In this document: positions 41,005-50,603 of the stretch, piece by piece
Numbering within the stretch: position 1 is the first letter of the stretch
How the letters are laid out: every line of letters starts with the position of its first letter
Sequence record: PX969468.1
Strand: one strand, 5' to 3'
Source of the DNA: a phage
Length of the DNA: 64,000 nucleotides
Translations under genes and position numbers: made by a program
Notes under the pieces: model-generated
What the model was told of the DNA's origin: nothing
The model's database searches: none
The model's input: the letters and a program-made list of their open reading frames with translations, nothing else

Positions 41005-41505
41005 GTGAAAATTAAGATCTTTGCTATTATTTTGAGCGCATTTTTATCGCTGCCTGTTGTTGCAGCACCAAAACAAAAAGTATATCATACTTGCAAGCCC
41101 TCAGATACTAAGGAAAACATTTTGGCATGTAATATCTACAGGGAAGCTAGAGGGGATGGCACGATGGGTATGCTGGCATCTGGGTTTGCCACATTAAACA
41201 GGAAATCTCACCCTAAATACCCAGACACTATAAGAAAGATTGTCTACCAACCTAACCAGTTTTCGTGGACAAACCACGGCAAAACTTTTAAGGTGACAGA
41301 AAAAGATTCATGGGATCACGCTAAAAGTCTTGCAAAGATGCTTCTAAAGGTCTATAATAACAACCATGTTGCATACATGGCTATGGACATAACAGGTGGA
41401 GCAACACACTACCATACAACCAAAGTACTACCGAAATGGGCAAAAAAGATGCAGAGGACAGCTCAATTCGGGAGCCATATCTACTACAAGGAGCGCAATA
41501 AATGA
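41005..41505 (+). CDS. secreted cell-wall hydrolase, SleB/Hydrolase_2 family
   Basis: GTG start with RBS; N-terminal Sec-type signal peptide MKIKIFAIILSAFLSLPVVAAP; motifs NIYREARGD...ATLNRKSHPKYPDTIRKIVYQPNQFSW. Confidence 0.7.
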   Translation: MKIKIFAIILSAFLSLPVVAAPKQKVYHTCKPSDTKENILACNIYREARGDGTMGMLASGFATLNRKSHPKYPDTIRKIVYQPNQFSWTNHGKTFKVTEKDSWDHAKSLAKMLLKVYNNNHVAYMAMDITGGATHYHTTKVLPKWAKKMQRTAQFGSHIYYKERNK

Positions 41506-43484
41506 TTGTAAACAGTAATGAAACTAAAGCAGTGCTAACCGGAAATATGGAGGTCACCAGGGGCTCAATTTCTCTTAACAAAGAGACTTTTGGGCTAATC
41601 ATTAAAGGGATTTACGAAGATAAGGTGCTGGCAAGCTGCCGTGAACCAATCTTCAATGCTGTGGACTCTCATGTTGAGTCTGGACGGGGTGATGTGCCGA
41701 TCATTATTCACTCTCCTACAGACCTTGAACCATACTTCTTTGTGCAGGACGTTGGATTGGGCATGTCAGAAGAGATGGTCCGCAACACTTTCATGAACCT
41801 CGGTGAGTCAACCAAGCGCAACAGCAACGCTCTGGTTGGCAATAAAGGTGTTGGTTCAAAGGCTCCGTTCAGCATGGTGGACACTTTCGATGTTATCAGT
41901 GTGCACAATGGTATTGAAAGCACATATCTATTGTTCTTGGATCAGGGTATCCCAAACGTTACCAAGATCCGCGAGCGGAAGACTGAAGAGCACAACGGGG
42001 TAAAAGTTCAGTTCCATGTTAAGAAAGAGCATGTTCTGAAATATCGCACTGCTATTGCGTCATGCCTACGCTATGCAAAGTTTCCGTTTACCGTTACCGA
42101 CCCTATGACCAGTAAGATGCTGGAAGGTGACAAGGTTGAGGCGCAGTATCGCTACGAGAAAGATGGTTGGAAAATGACTATCCTGAAAGGTTATACCAGC
42201 TCTGATGAGAGCCGTGTGGTGATGGGACACCAACCTTACCGCTCTAAGTTTCTGGAAACATTGACAGACTACCCTGCAATCTGTGTAGAGATCCCTATCG
42301 GGGATTGCAATATTAACCCTGGGCGCGAATGGACCATAGAGGGGCACGACGATGGTGGATTCCAGGATCGCCTGGAGGCCTTTGTCAAAGAAGGTATACG
42401 TCTTCGTGGGGCAGAAGTTGTTGCAGAACTGGAGACGGCAAAAACCTCCGCAGAAGCACGTGAAATGATGAAGAATAGTGGGGTGTTCGGACACATCTTC
42501 GGCAAAAACTTTATGTGGAACCGTTGGGAAGAAACAGGACTTGGAGACTTAGGCGATTGTGAAATTTTCGCTGGCGGCTTAAATAAAGGCCGCATAGGCT
42601 ATGCTCGTTATGGAAAGTCAGAGTTCTTACGGGGAGTCTATTTAGTATTTAACGACGGAGACGGCAAATATAACCGAAATAAGTGTAACTACTTAAGCGA
42701 GATCACCGGACGCAACGTTTTCTATTGCCGTAACACGGATCTGGTGGAAGAGTTTAAAGAAGCGGCACACCACCCGTTCTTTGCAGATACAGTCAAATTG
42801 TTATCAGAGCTCCCTCGCCGACCTGTCAAGAAAGGTGAAACAAAAACTCGTTATGAGCCAGGCTATTGGGTTAAAAAACTTGAGAAGGATGGTTACTTCC
42901 GCCGTGAGCGTATTACTAAGGCAGAGTTCCGGAAGATTAAACACTGCATCCCTTATGAGGGTGATATCCAACGTGGAAGTTGTTGGCTGGGGCAGATGAG
43001 TAACATCTACCAGCAAGATTATGACCGTGTACGTGCGGCACTTCAGATTCCTGAAGGTGAAGATCTGTATCTGGTATCTGAATCTCGTCTGCTTTGGACT
43101 GATCCTGATTGCCAGTATGTTACAGAGAAGAATGTGGAGCACCTGTTGAAAGAGGATGCTTGGAAATTCTTACTGACCCGTGCAGCAAATGAGACTTCTT
43201 ATGACAGCCTGTATAGACAATTAGGGAAAATTATTCCCATGCAAGATTTTGGAAATTATCGGCCACATTTCCACAAGTGGGAAGGTAACACCACGTGGAA
43301 GCACAGTGAGCTAAATCATCGTGCCAAAATCTTAATCGCCAACCGAGTTAAATGCGGGAAGGCCTATATTGCAAGATTGGAAAAGAAATACCCACTTTTG
43401 AAGCATGTAGGCTTGAAATATTGGGACACTCCTGCTATGATTGAATACCGTGAACTGATCGATACAAAGAATAACATCAAATAA
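41502..43484 (+). CDS. rIIA: rIIA-like protein (GHKL ATPase N-terminal domain)
   Basis: N-terminus alignable with T4 rIIA as recalled: REPIFNAVDSH, DVGLGMS, GNKGVGSKAPFSMVDTFDVISVHNG; followed by rIIB homologue. Confidence 0.8.
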   Translation: MIVNSNETKAVLTGNMEVTRGSISLNKETFGLIIKGIYEDKVLASCREPIFNAVDSHVESGRGDVPIIIHSPTDLEPYFFVQDVGLGMSEEMVRNTFMNLGESTKRNSNALVGNKGVGSKAPFSMVDTFDVISVHNGIESTYLLFLDQGIPNVTKIRERKTEEHNGVKVQFHVKKEHVLKYRTAIASCLRYAKFPFTVTDPMTSKMLEGDKVEAQYRYEKDGWKMTILKGYTSSDESRVVMGHQPYRSKFLETLTDYPAICVEIPIGDCNINPGREWTIEGHDDGGFQDRLEAFVKEGIRLRGAEVVAELETAKTSAEAREMMKNSGVFGHIFGKNFMWNRWEETGLGDLGDCEIFAGGLNKGRIGYARYGKSEFLRGVYLVFNDGDGKYNRNKCNYLSEITGRNVFYCRNTDLVEEFKEAAHHPFFADTVKLLSELPRRPVKKGETKTRYEPGYWVKKLEKDGYFRRERITKAEFRKIKHCIPYEGDIQRGSCWLGQMSNIYQQDYDRVRAALQIPEGEDLYLVSESRLLWTDPDCQYVTEKNVEHLLKEDAWKFLLTRAANETSYDSLYRQLGKIIPMQDFGNYRPHFHKWEGNTTWKHSELNHRAKILIANRVKCGKAYIARLEKKYPLLKHVGLKYWDTPAMIEYRELIDTKNNIK

Positions 43485-43494
43485 GGAGACCAAG

Positions 43495-44700
43495 ATGATT
43501 TTCATCTACGAACATTTCAAAACTCGTAAAGAAGCACGCGACCGCCGTGCAGAACTTGAGAAGAAAGGTTTCACATGTGCCATTGAGAAAGGTGACACAA
43601 CCTGGACACTGGCAGTGGGTGCCCCAGAATTGTTCGATCCTGACCGTGACAGCGTCTGCTACACCCGTGAGGATTTTGAAACCCGTGAAGAGGCCCGTCT
43701 ATTTCGATATGGGCTGGAAGATAACGGTAAGTACGCCATGATCTTAGACTTAGGCGAAGGTTCCGTTAAACGTTGGGGCGTGATATACCCACTGTGTGTT
43801 GTTCACGGTGTGGGGTTTACTGGGGTAGCAATCAAGTCAGAAGAACCTTTAGTAGAAGTCAAAGATCCGGTGCTGGAAGTGGTGAGCAGTGTGTCTCAGC
43901 AACAGACTCGAAGCATCGAGCCTTTGGTAGTTATTTGCGGGGAACTCCTCCAGATCACCTGCAACGAAGGAATTTTTGAAATTCGCCGCAGCGAAAGTGA
44001 GGAAGTTTACCAGAAAGTCTTCGACCATATCTCTGTTCAGGAATATGATGAGGCAATTGGTGAAATCCTTGTCTGGCTGGAACGCAAGAATGAGTTCACC
44101 ACACTTGCAGACAACCTGATCATGAAAGATGGTAAGCTCTACTACTACGGTGTAGAGATGCGATCCACCATTGCAAAGAAAATTGAGAAAGATTATGCAG
44201 ACGGAACGCTGGATGACCGCTATGTGAAATTCCTCGTTCGCCTGCTACGCAATCCTTCTGCAAAATCTGTAAACATGCTCTACGATTTTATGCAGGCCAA
44301 TGATATTCAGATTGCAGAAGATGGTCGAATCATTTGCTACAAAGGGGTTCAGTTTAACGGCAGCAAGTGGGTGGATTGTCACAGTGGTAAAGTTCCACAA
44401 TACCAGGGTGCTTTTGTATCCATGCCTCGTAACTTTGTAGAGGATGATCCGGAAGCTGCGTGCTCCTATGGCTTACACTGCGCCAGCAAAGAGTATGCAA
44501 AGAGCTACGGCACTGTAATGACTGTTATGGTTGATCCTGCAGATGTGGTTAGTGTGCCATACCAACACAATAGCGCTAAGTGCCGTGCATGCCGCTATGA
44601 GATTGTGGTAGCTCCGGAAGCACGCAAAGATGGAGACCCTATTGAATATGTAGTTGATCGTGACGGTAACACTATCGACATTCTTTACGAGGAGGCGTAA
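43495..44700 (+). CDS. rIIB: rIIB-like protein
   Basis: C-terminal half aligns with T4 rIIB as recalled (LYDFMQANDIQIAEDG; DCHSG; SMPRNFVEDD; GLHCASKEYAKSYG; DVVSVPYQHNSAKCRACRYEIV). Confidence 0.85.
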   Translation: MIFIYEHFKTRKEARDRRAELEKKGFTCAIEKGDTTWTLAVGAPELFDPDRDSVCYTREDFETREEARLFRYGLEDNGKYAMILDLGEGSVKRWGVIYPLCVVHGVGFTGVAIKSEEPLVEVKDPVLEVVSSVSQQQTRSIEPLVVICGELLQITCNEGIFEIRRSESEEVYQKVFDHISVQEYDEAIGEILVWLERKNEFTTLADNLIMKDGKLYYYGVEMRSTIAKKIEKDYADGTLDDRYVKFLVRLLRNPSAKSVNMLYDFMQANDIQIAEDGRIICYKGVQFNGSKWVDCHSGKVPQYQGAFVSMPRNFVEDDPEAACSYGLHCASKEYAKSYGTVMTVMVDPADVVSVPYQHNSAKCRACRYEIVVAPEARKDGDPIEYVVDRDGNTIDILYEEA

Positions 44701-46070
44701 TGGAAAAAGGGCAGTATGATGTAGGCACAGATGCTGCCCTCGTTGCAATCATGAGCGGTGAGAATGTCTTCGTTTCAGGACCCGCAGGTTGTGGGAAGAC
44801 GTACCTCATCAACATGATCCAGTCAATGTATGGAGACTCTTGCATAACGGTTGCCCCGACAGGGGTAGCCGCTTTAAACGTTAATGGAGCAACAGCACAC
44901 CGAACCTTCGATCTTGCAGCAGGTGTGAGCATGGAGTCAGACTGGACCGCAATAAGGGAAAAAACAGCAAAGCCTTTGAAAAGCAAGGCATTTACCATCC
45001 TAATTATCGATGAAATCTCTATGATCCGTGCTGATAAGTTTATAGAGATGGATAGGAAACTCCGCTTCCTTCGAAAAAATGACAAACCTTTCGGGGGCAT
45101 ACAGGTCATATTGTTTGGCGATTTTTACCAGGCACCTCCTGTTGTCTCTTCTATGGAGAAGGAAGCCTACTTCAACTTCTACCATACGGACCTATGTTGC
45201 TATACCGAATCTTGGAAAGAGCTTGACCTCCACAACATAGCCCTAATAGATCAGTTCCGACAGGAGTCTATTCGATTCGCCACAATGCTCAACTGTGTTC
45301 GTGAGGGTCGTCGCATAAAAGAGGTTGTAGCAGAGCTTAATGCTCGCTGTTACAAAGGTGGTGTACCAACAGACGCTCTCACAATTTGCGCCACCAACAA
45401 ACAAGCAGAGGAAGTGAACAGAAGGTTCTATGATGCCATCAACGCCCCAGAGAAGGTATACACTGGTGAAATGAAGGGTAAGTTTCCCTCCACCTTGCCA
45501 GTTGAGCAGGAGATGAAGTTGAAAATTGGCATGAAAGTTATGATAACCGCCAACGATGTTGACCCGACGCACAAAGTACCTTATTATGTTAACGGAACAC
45601 GTGCCACGATTGTTAAATTTAAGAACAAGGCAGTGGTGGTAGAGCTTGAAGATGGAACACAGGTTGACATAGAGCAGAGGTTGTGGGAGAATAACGAGTA
45701 TAAGCCATCTCAAAGATACAACATTGCAGAAAGGAAGATGGAGAAGTTTATAGAGAGGGTAGTGATTGGATCATACAAGCAACTTCCTCTGAAATCTGGG
45801 TATGCCGTAACATCTCATAAAAGTCAAGGACTTACGCTAGATTGTTACAACCTGGACCTTGGAAAGAACGGAGCTTTCTCTCCTGGGATGACGTATGTTG
45901 CTTTGAGTCGAGTTAAGACAATACAAGGAATAAACTTGTTGCGTCCACTAAGAGAAGTTGACATTATTGTTGACCCGCGAGTCGTAGAGTTTTACAATAC
46001 AACATTCCCTGACTTAGACAAAATTGTCAGGAAAGATTTTGAAACCAGAGCAGAAGAGGGGGACGTATGA
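44700..46070 (+). CDS. dda: SF1B DNA helicase, Dda/PIF1/RecD-like
   Basis: Walker A GPAGCGKT; IIDEISMI; ILFGDFYQAPPV; C-terminal VTSHKSQGLTLD and TYVALSRVK. Confidence 0.8.
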   Translation: MEKGQYDVGTDAALVAIMSGENVFVSGPAGCGKTYLINMIQSMYGDSCITVAPTGVAALNVNGATAHRTFDLAAGVSMESDWTAIREKTAKPLKSKAFTILIIDEISMIRADKFIEMDRKLRFLRKNDKPFGGIQVILFGDFYQAPPVVSSMEKEAYFNFYHTDLCCYTESWKELDLHNIALIDQFRQESIRFATMLNCVREGRRIKEVVAELNARCYKGGVPTDALTICATNKQAEEVNRRFYDAINAPEKVYTGEMKGKFPSTLPVEQEMKLKIGMKVMITANDVDPTHKVPYYVNGTRATIVKFKNKAVVVELEDGTQVDIEQRLWENNEYKPSQRYNIAERKMEKFIERVVIGSYKQLPLKSGYAVTSHKSQGLTLDCYNLDLGKNGAFSPGMTYVALSRVKTIQGINLLRPLREVDIIVDPRVVEFYNTTFPDLDKIVRKDFETRAEEGDV

Positions 46071-46408
46071 GTTTGTGGAGAAATATAGTTAACTACGTGT
46101 GTGGCAATCCAACTCCTGAAGAGAAGGATGTTGTGATTCACGATTTTACTAAAAGATCTCGTGAAAAAGACCTACTGCTAACAAAGGTGACTGATAAAGA
46201 TCCTGCAGTAGGGGACTGGGCAGGTTTTGCGTTTACATCGGACAAATACACCTTTAACAAAGGTGACTATCTTGTTGTAGATTTTAACGAAGACATTGAT
46301 GGTGCTGAACCCTACTATCAGACCCTTATTATTGCAGGGTGCGTTGATCTCTCTGCAGGCATGCACAGTTTGATTCTTTTTGAGCTTGACTCTGAAGACC
46401 TTCAGTAG
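46067..46408 (+). CDS. hypothetical protein
   Basis: 113-aa ORF, ATGA overlap. Confidence 0.35.
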   Translation: MSLWRNIVNYVCGNPTPEEKDVVIHDFTKRSREKDLLLTKVTDKDPAVGDWAGFAFTSDKYTFNKGDYLVVDFNEDIDGAEPYYQTLIIAGCVDLSAGMHSLILFELDSEDLQ

Positions 46409-46468
46409 TAAGATGTTAGTCTAAAGGGGAGGCACTCCTCCCCACAAAAACTAAGGAAGCACTAAACG

Positions 46469-46771
46469 ATGAAACGTTATAAACCATACACTTTTGAAAT
46501 CGATTTCGAACTTGACGATATGTTTACTGTGGAAGCTCAAGCAGTTGTCCAGTTGCCAGACTCGGAGTGCCGTGACTCTGATGTTGACTATTACGGATTT
46601 AGACAAATTACCGATGTGCGTGTTTACCACAACGGTGAAGAGGTGGACTTCCACCAACTGCCAAACGATATGCGCTACTCAATTTACAAACGTGCAGCCC
46701 GTGAACTAGAGTCCTATCTGGATGCAGCGACGACAGCAGCTGCATTTGCTGAAGAAGTTGGAGGTTTCTGA
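46469..46771 (+). CDS. hypothetical protein
   Basis: 100-aa ORF. Confidence 0.35.
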   Translation: MKRYKPYTFEIDFELDDMFTVEAQAVVQLPDSECRDSDVDYYGFRQITDVRVYHNGEEVDFHQLPNDMRYSIYKRAARELESYLDAATTAAAFAEEVGGF

Positions 46772-47166
46772 TGATTACAGGTGTGAAGATTATCCAATAC
46801 CACTTAACCAAATTGGAAGATGCTGAAAAAGAGCTTGCAGAAGTTCTGAATAGTGGATATACTTTGCTATCATGCGCCTGCTCAGATACCTACGCTGTGT
46901 GGACACTTACCCGGAAGGAAGAGCCTGCATGGGTCTTGGTGCCAAACCCTAAGATTATTAGTGAGGTGGATGACTACCCTCAGGACGGCCTGCCAGAAGA
47001 CTGGGAAGTATGGGAAGGTGGTGAAAACCCTGCACCAGGTAAGTGGGTAAAATATAAACTACGTAGTGGTGCACAGTACGCTGACTACTCTGATAACCTA
47101 GACTGGAGTCATTCTTCACTAGGATCGTCTGCAAGTTCATATGATATCGTTGCTTTTCAGGAATAA
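46771..47166 (+). CDS. hypothetical protein
   Basis: 131-aa ORF. Confidence 0.35.
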   Translation: MITGVKIIQYHLTKLEDAEKELAEVLNSGYTLLSCACSDTYAVWTLTRKEEPAWVLVPNPKIISEVDDYPQDGLPEDWEVWEGGENPAPGKWVKYKLRSGAQYADYSDNLDWSHSSLGSSASSYDIVAFQE

Positions 47167-47178
47167 GGAGAAGGTAGT

Positions 47179-47661
47179 ATGTCAGATTTTATGTGGAAAG
47201 TAGGTTATGCCTCTCCTGAAATGTGCGAGGCTTGCTTTGTAAAAATAGGCCGCGAGGATATTGACAAAGTGATCTTTAAGTTTCGTGATGTATCTGTGAT
47301 CGGCAACCGAGTGCTTAAGCACTTAAAGAATCTGAAGCTCACCAAAAAGAAGTTCTTCGGACTTTTCGAAGAGAAAGTTGATGCTTGGACCCATTGCATT
47401 CAGGAAGCTAAATCTCACTACAGTGCTATCGTTACCCCAGAACGGGTAGCCAAGATGGAAGGATTCATCAACAGCACAGAGTTTGAGTGCCTAAAGGCTG
47501 CCCTTAATAGTTATCCAAAGTGCCTCAAACACCTTGACAAGTATGTAGAAAAGGATGGGGAAATGTATCTCACCCTGGATGCATACTATGAGATGCAAGA
47601 AATTTTAAATTTAGATTTGACATTGGTATCCACCGAGTATACAATAGGTATCCGGGTTTAA
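47179..47661 (+). CDS. hypothetical protein
   Basis: 160-aa ORF with RBS (aaggagaagg). Confidence 0.4.
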   Translation: MSDFMWKVGYASPEMCEACFVKIGREDIDKVIFKFRDVSVIGNRVLKHLKNLKLTKKKFFGLFEEKVDAWTHCIQEAKSHYSAIVTPERVAKMEGFINSTEFECLKAALNSYPKCLKHLDKYVEKDGEMYLTLDAYYEMQEILNLDLTLVSTEYTIGIRV

Positions 47662-47667
47662 CACTAG

Positions 47668-47695
47668 GCCCTGCCCGAAAGGGTGGGGCTTTTTG
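47668..47695 (+). terminator. rho-independent terminator (GAAA-loop hairpin), duplicated at 58665
   Basis: gccctgccc-gaaa-gggtggggc then tttttg. Confidence 0.6.
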
Positions 47696-47712
47696 CATTA
47701 GGAGACAGCAAA

Positions 47713-48477
47713 TTGAAATTTATCTATAAAGAACACTACCACAAAGGTGTTGTGTGGAGTCTATTTGACGGATCTGGCGGTGCAGTCATTGACTGGGCAA
47801 AAGCTGGATATCTGTGCCTGTGCTTTAACGCAGAAGGTGCTGACCACGGCAGTTATGCAGAGGTGATCACCGATCATCCAAATATTCACTATGTAGATTA
47901 TTGGATTGATCCATGGTTCCCTCAGGAAACTTTCTGCATGTACCCAGCTCCGGACTTTGTTCTTGCATTTCCTCCGTGCACGCATTTAGCGGTATCAGGT
48001 GCTGCACATTTTAAGAAAAAGCTGGCTAAGGATCCTTTGATCCAAATTAATGCTGTAAAGGATGCTCGGGTTGCGGAAGAGCTGGGAGAGATTTACGATT
48101 GCCCGTGGCATGTAGAGAATCCTGTTGGTGTTATGTCCACACTGTGGCGCAAACCTGATTACCGTTTTCATCCTTCTGACTATGGCGGGTATTTACCGGA
48201 GGATGATGTAAACCCCTGGTTTCCTGAATTTATAGCTCCACGTGATGCCTATCCAAAAATAACTTGCGGCTGGATAGGTAATGGATTTATAATCCCGGCC
48301 ACAAAACCTGTCCCGCAAATAGTTGACGCGGTTAGCGGGTATTCCATGCAACACGCCAAGCTGGGTGGAAAGAGTGCAAGAACGAAGATGATCCGAAGCC
48401 TCACACCACGTGGCTGGGCAAAAGCCGTATTCTTAGCAAACGAGCCTGTAGTAAGGAGCAGAATTAATGGGAAGTAA
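47713..48477 (+). CDS. DNA (cytosine-5)-methyltransferase-like protein
   Basis: motif I-like SLFDGSGG, motif IV-like FPPCTHLAVSG, motif VI-like HVENPVG; ORF track start 47683 lies inside the terminator hairpin, so TTG at 47713 after AGGAG is used (uncertain). Confidence 0.4.
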   Translation: MKFIYKEHYHKGVVWSLFDGSGGAVIDWAKAGYLCLCFNAEGADHGSYAEVITDHPNIHYVDYWIDPWFPQETFCMYPAPDFVLAFPPCTHLAVSGAAHFKKKLAKDPLIQINAVKDARVAEELGEIYDCPWHVENPVGVMSTLWRKPDYRFHPSDYGGYLPEDDVNPWFPEFIAPRDAYPKITCGWIGNGFIIPATKPVPQIVDAVSGYSMQHAKLGGKSARTKMIRSLTPRGWAKAVFLANEPVVRSRINGK

Positions 48478-50545
48478 ATTTATGGCATCTGCATACAACC
48501 GTTTCGGTGAGCCAAACCCGAAAGCAACTAAGTATAAAAGTGGGGGAAGTGTGAAACGAGACTATCGTGATGAAAAAGAAGTTGAAACTGTAGAGACTGT
48601 TTTAGAAAATACTAAAATTGTCCCTGTCCCACAACAAAATATCGGTCTGATGGCTGCACAATATTTTGGTGTGCGATCAGCATTGTCCCAAGAAGACGGT
48701 GTGACAGTCACTGCAACATATTTCCCATATTACGACCGCTACGGAAATCTGTCCGGTTTCAAAAAGCGTGACTGGACGATTCCTAAAGAGCAAAGGGGCC
48801 ATTTCTCCGTTGTTGGCATCGTAAAGGCCAACTCCCAGATGTTTGGTCAAAAGCTGTGTGCATCTTCCAACAACCGTAAGCAGATTAACGTTTGTGAGGG
48901 AGAAGGTGATGTTATTGCAGCATGGCAGGCTGCATATCAGATACAAGTAAAAGGGATTCTCACCAACGCTAAAGCCCCGGCAAAGGTGAAGCAGTGGGCT
49001 AAAGAGGTCCAGGACGGGATCGACGCAGTTATCAACGGTGGTGATCTGGCAGGAAAACCCTGCCTGCCTTTTGTTGGAATTAACTGTGGATGTGCAAACG
49101 CAGTAGATACTTTTGCAAACAATGAGAAGTTTATCCGTAGCTATGGAACAGTTGTGCTGGCAATGGATAACGATGCAGCTAACGAGGTAGAGAAGCAAAA
49201 ACACGTCATTAAAGGTGTTGAGGCCACGCACAATATCGCAGCATTTTTGATGGCTGATAACGTTTACCACGTAGAATACCCTGGTGAAGTAAATGACCCT
49301 GACGGTGTAAAAGATATCCGAGACATGCTGAAGGCTAAAAAGCTGGAAGATATTGTCAACATGTTCCGGCACCCTGTTAAATATGTGCCTGATGCTGTGT
49401 CGGATTTAGAAGACTTCTCTATCGAATCTTTGCGGAAAAAGACTTCCAACGGGGTAGATATCAGCGCAGAGTTCCCAAAACTGCAAAAAATGCTAAAAGG
49501 CTTGCACAAAGGGACACTTGTAATGCTTACAGGTCCATCAGGAGGCGGTAAAACAACTGTAGCTAAAAAACTGGAACACTGTATTGCAAGATACCTAATG
49601 GACCCGACATGCCAGAAGGCTGATGACTACGAAGAGGATGATCGTCTATGTATGATCCATCTTGAGGAGGACCCAGAGGAAGCAATTAACTCCTTGTATG
49701 CAAACCAGTTAGGGTTCGATGTTAAAGAGTTTGTTGAAGATCCTAGCCAGTTTTTAACTGATCAAGAACACGCAGAGATTCACCAATCATGGGCAAAAGC
49801 TGGAAAAATCAAAGTGTTCAAACATTTCGGGTCTATTCCGGTGGACGAGTTGATTACCAAGCTTAAGCAAATGGTTTGCCTGTACCATTGTCGTTATATT
49901 GTACTGGATCACCTGTCCATGGTAATTTCAGGGCTTAATGTTAAGGATGAGCGAAAAGAACTGGACATAGCTATGACCCAACTGGCTGCGTTTTGTAAGC
50001 AGTTTAATGTGTTTATCTTGGTGATCGCTCACCTCAAACGTACAGAGATTGTGCCTCCTAAAGACAAGGATGGTAACCCGTTACCTTTCTGGTATCCTGT
50101 GCGAAAAGAGAATTTGCGAGGATCGGCTGGGCTTGAACAGTTGAGTTGGGTAGTTATAGGTGTCGAGGCCGAAGAAATGGTGGATCGTTCTCGTGGACGT
50201 GTCCGTCTGGTAGGTCTTAAAAACCGTCCAGCAAAAACTTTAGGTATTGCTGACACTTTGGTTATGGACCCGCATACAGGTAAGTTCCATGATGCCAGTA
50301 ATTGGTACTGGGACAAAGAAATGCAAATGTTTACAGATGGAGAAGGTGGGGAGGTTGTTTGGAGACCTCAGGCTATGTTTGAGGATCAGGAGCATGCAGT
50401 TGTAGAAACACCTATGGGCAAGGTTGTGGCTGATAAGGTTGTAACTCCTACTGTTAAGCCTGTTGACACGCAGGAAGACCTCCAGTACGATGATCCGTCC
50501 TCTGACCCTGTTCCTGGTTTTGAAGACGATGAAACACCTTTTTAA
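48467..50545 (+). CDS. DNA primase-helicase (T7 gp4-like; Toprim plus DnaB-family helicase)
   Basis: Toprim-like CEGEGDVIAAWQ and VLAMDNDAANE; helicase Walker A LTGPSGGGKTT, Walker B YIVLDHLS, AHLKR. Confidence 0.75.
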   Translation: MGSKFMASAYNRFGEPNPKATKYKSGGSVKRDYRDEKEVETVETVLENTKIVPVPQQNIGLMAAQYFGVRSALSQEDGVTVTATYFPYYDRYGNLSGFKKRDWTIPKEQRGHFSVVGIVKANSQMFGQKLCASSNNRKQINVCEGEGDVIAAWQAAYQIQVKGILTNAKAPAKVKQWAKEVQDGIDAVINGGDLAGKPCLPFVGINCGCANAVDTFANNEKFIRSYGTVVLAMDNDAANEVEKQKHVIKGVEATHNIAAFLMADNVYHVEYPGEVNDPDGVKDIRDMLKAKKLEDIVNMFRHPVKYVPDAVSDLEDFSIESLRKKTSNGVDISAEFPKLQKMLKGLHKGTLVMLTGPSGGGKTTVAKKLEHCIARYLMDPTCQKADDYEEDDRLCMIHLEEDPEEAINSLYANQLGFDVKEFVEDPSQFLTDQEHAEIHQSWAKAGKIKVFKHFGSIPVDELITKLKQMVCLYHCRYIVLDHLSMVISGLNVKDERKELDIAMTQLAAFCKQFNVFILVIAHLKRTEIVPPKDKDGNPLPFWYPVRKENLRGSAGLEQLSWVVIGVEAEEMVDRSRGRVRLVGLKNRPAKTLGIADTLVMDPHTGKFHDASNWYWDKEMQMFTDGEGGEVVWRPQAMFEDQEHAVVETPMGKVVADKVVTPTVKPVDTQEDLQYDDPSSDPVPGFEDDETPF

Positions 50546-50603
50546 TGTTTAACCAAGAGTGGGAGGGGTAGTACAACCGCCTCCCCTTTAAGGAGAACAC
50601 TTT

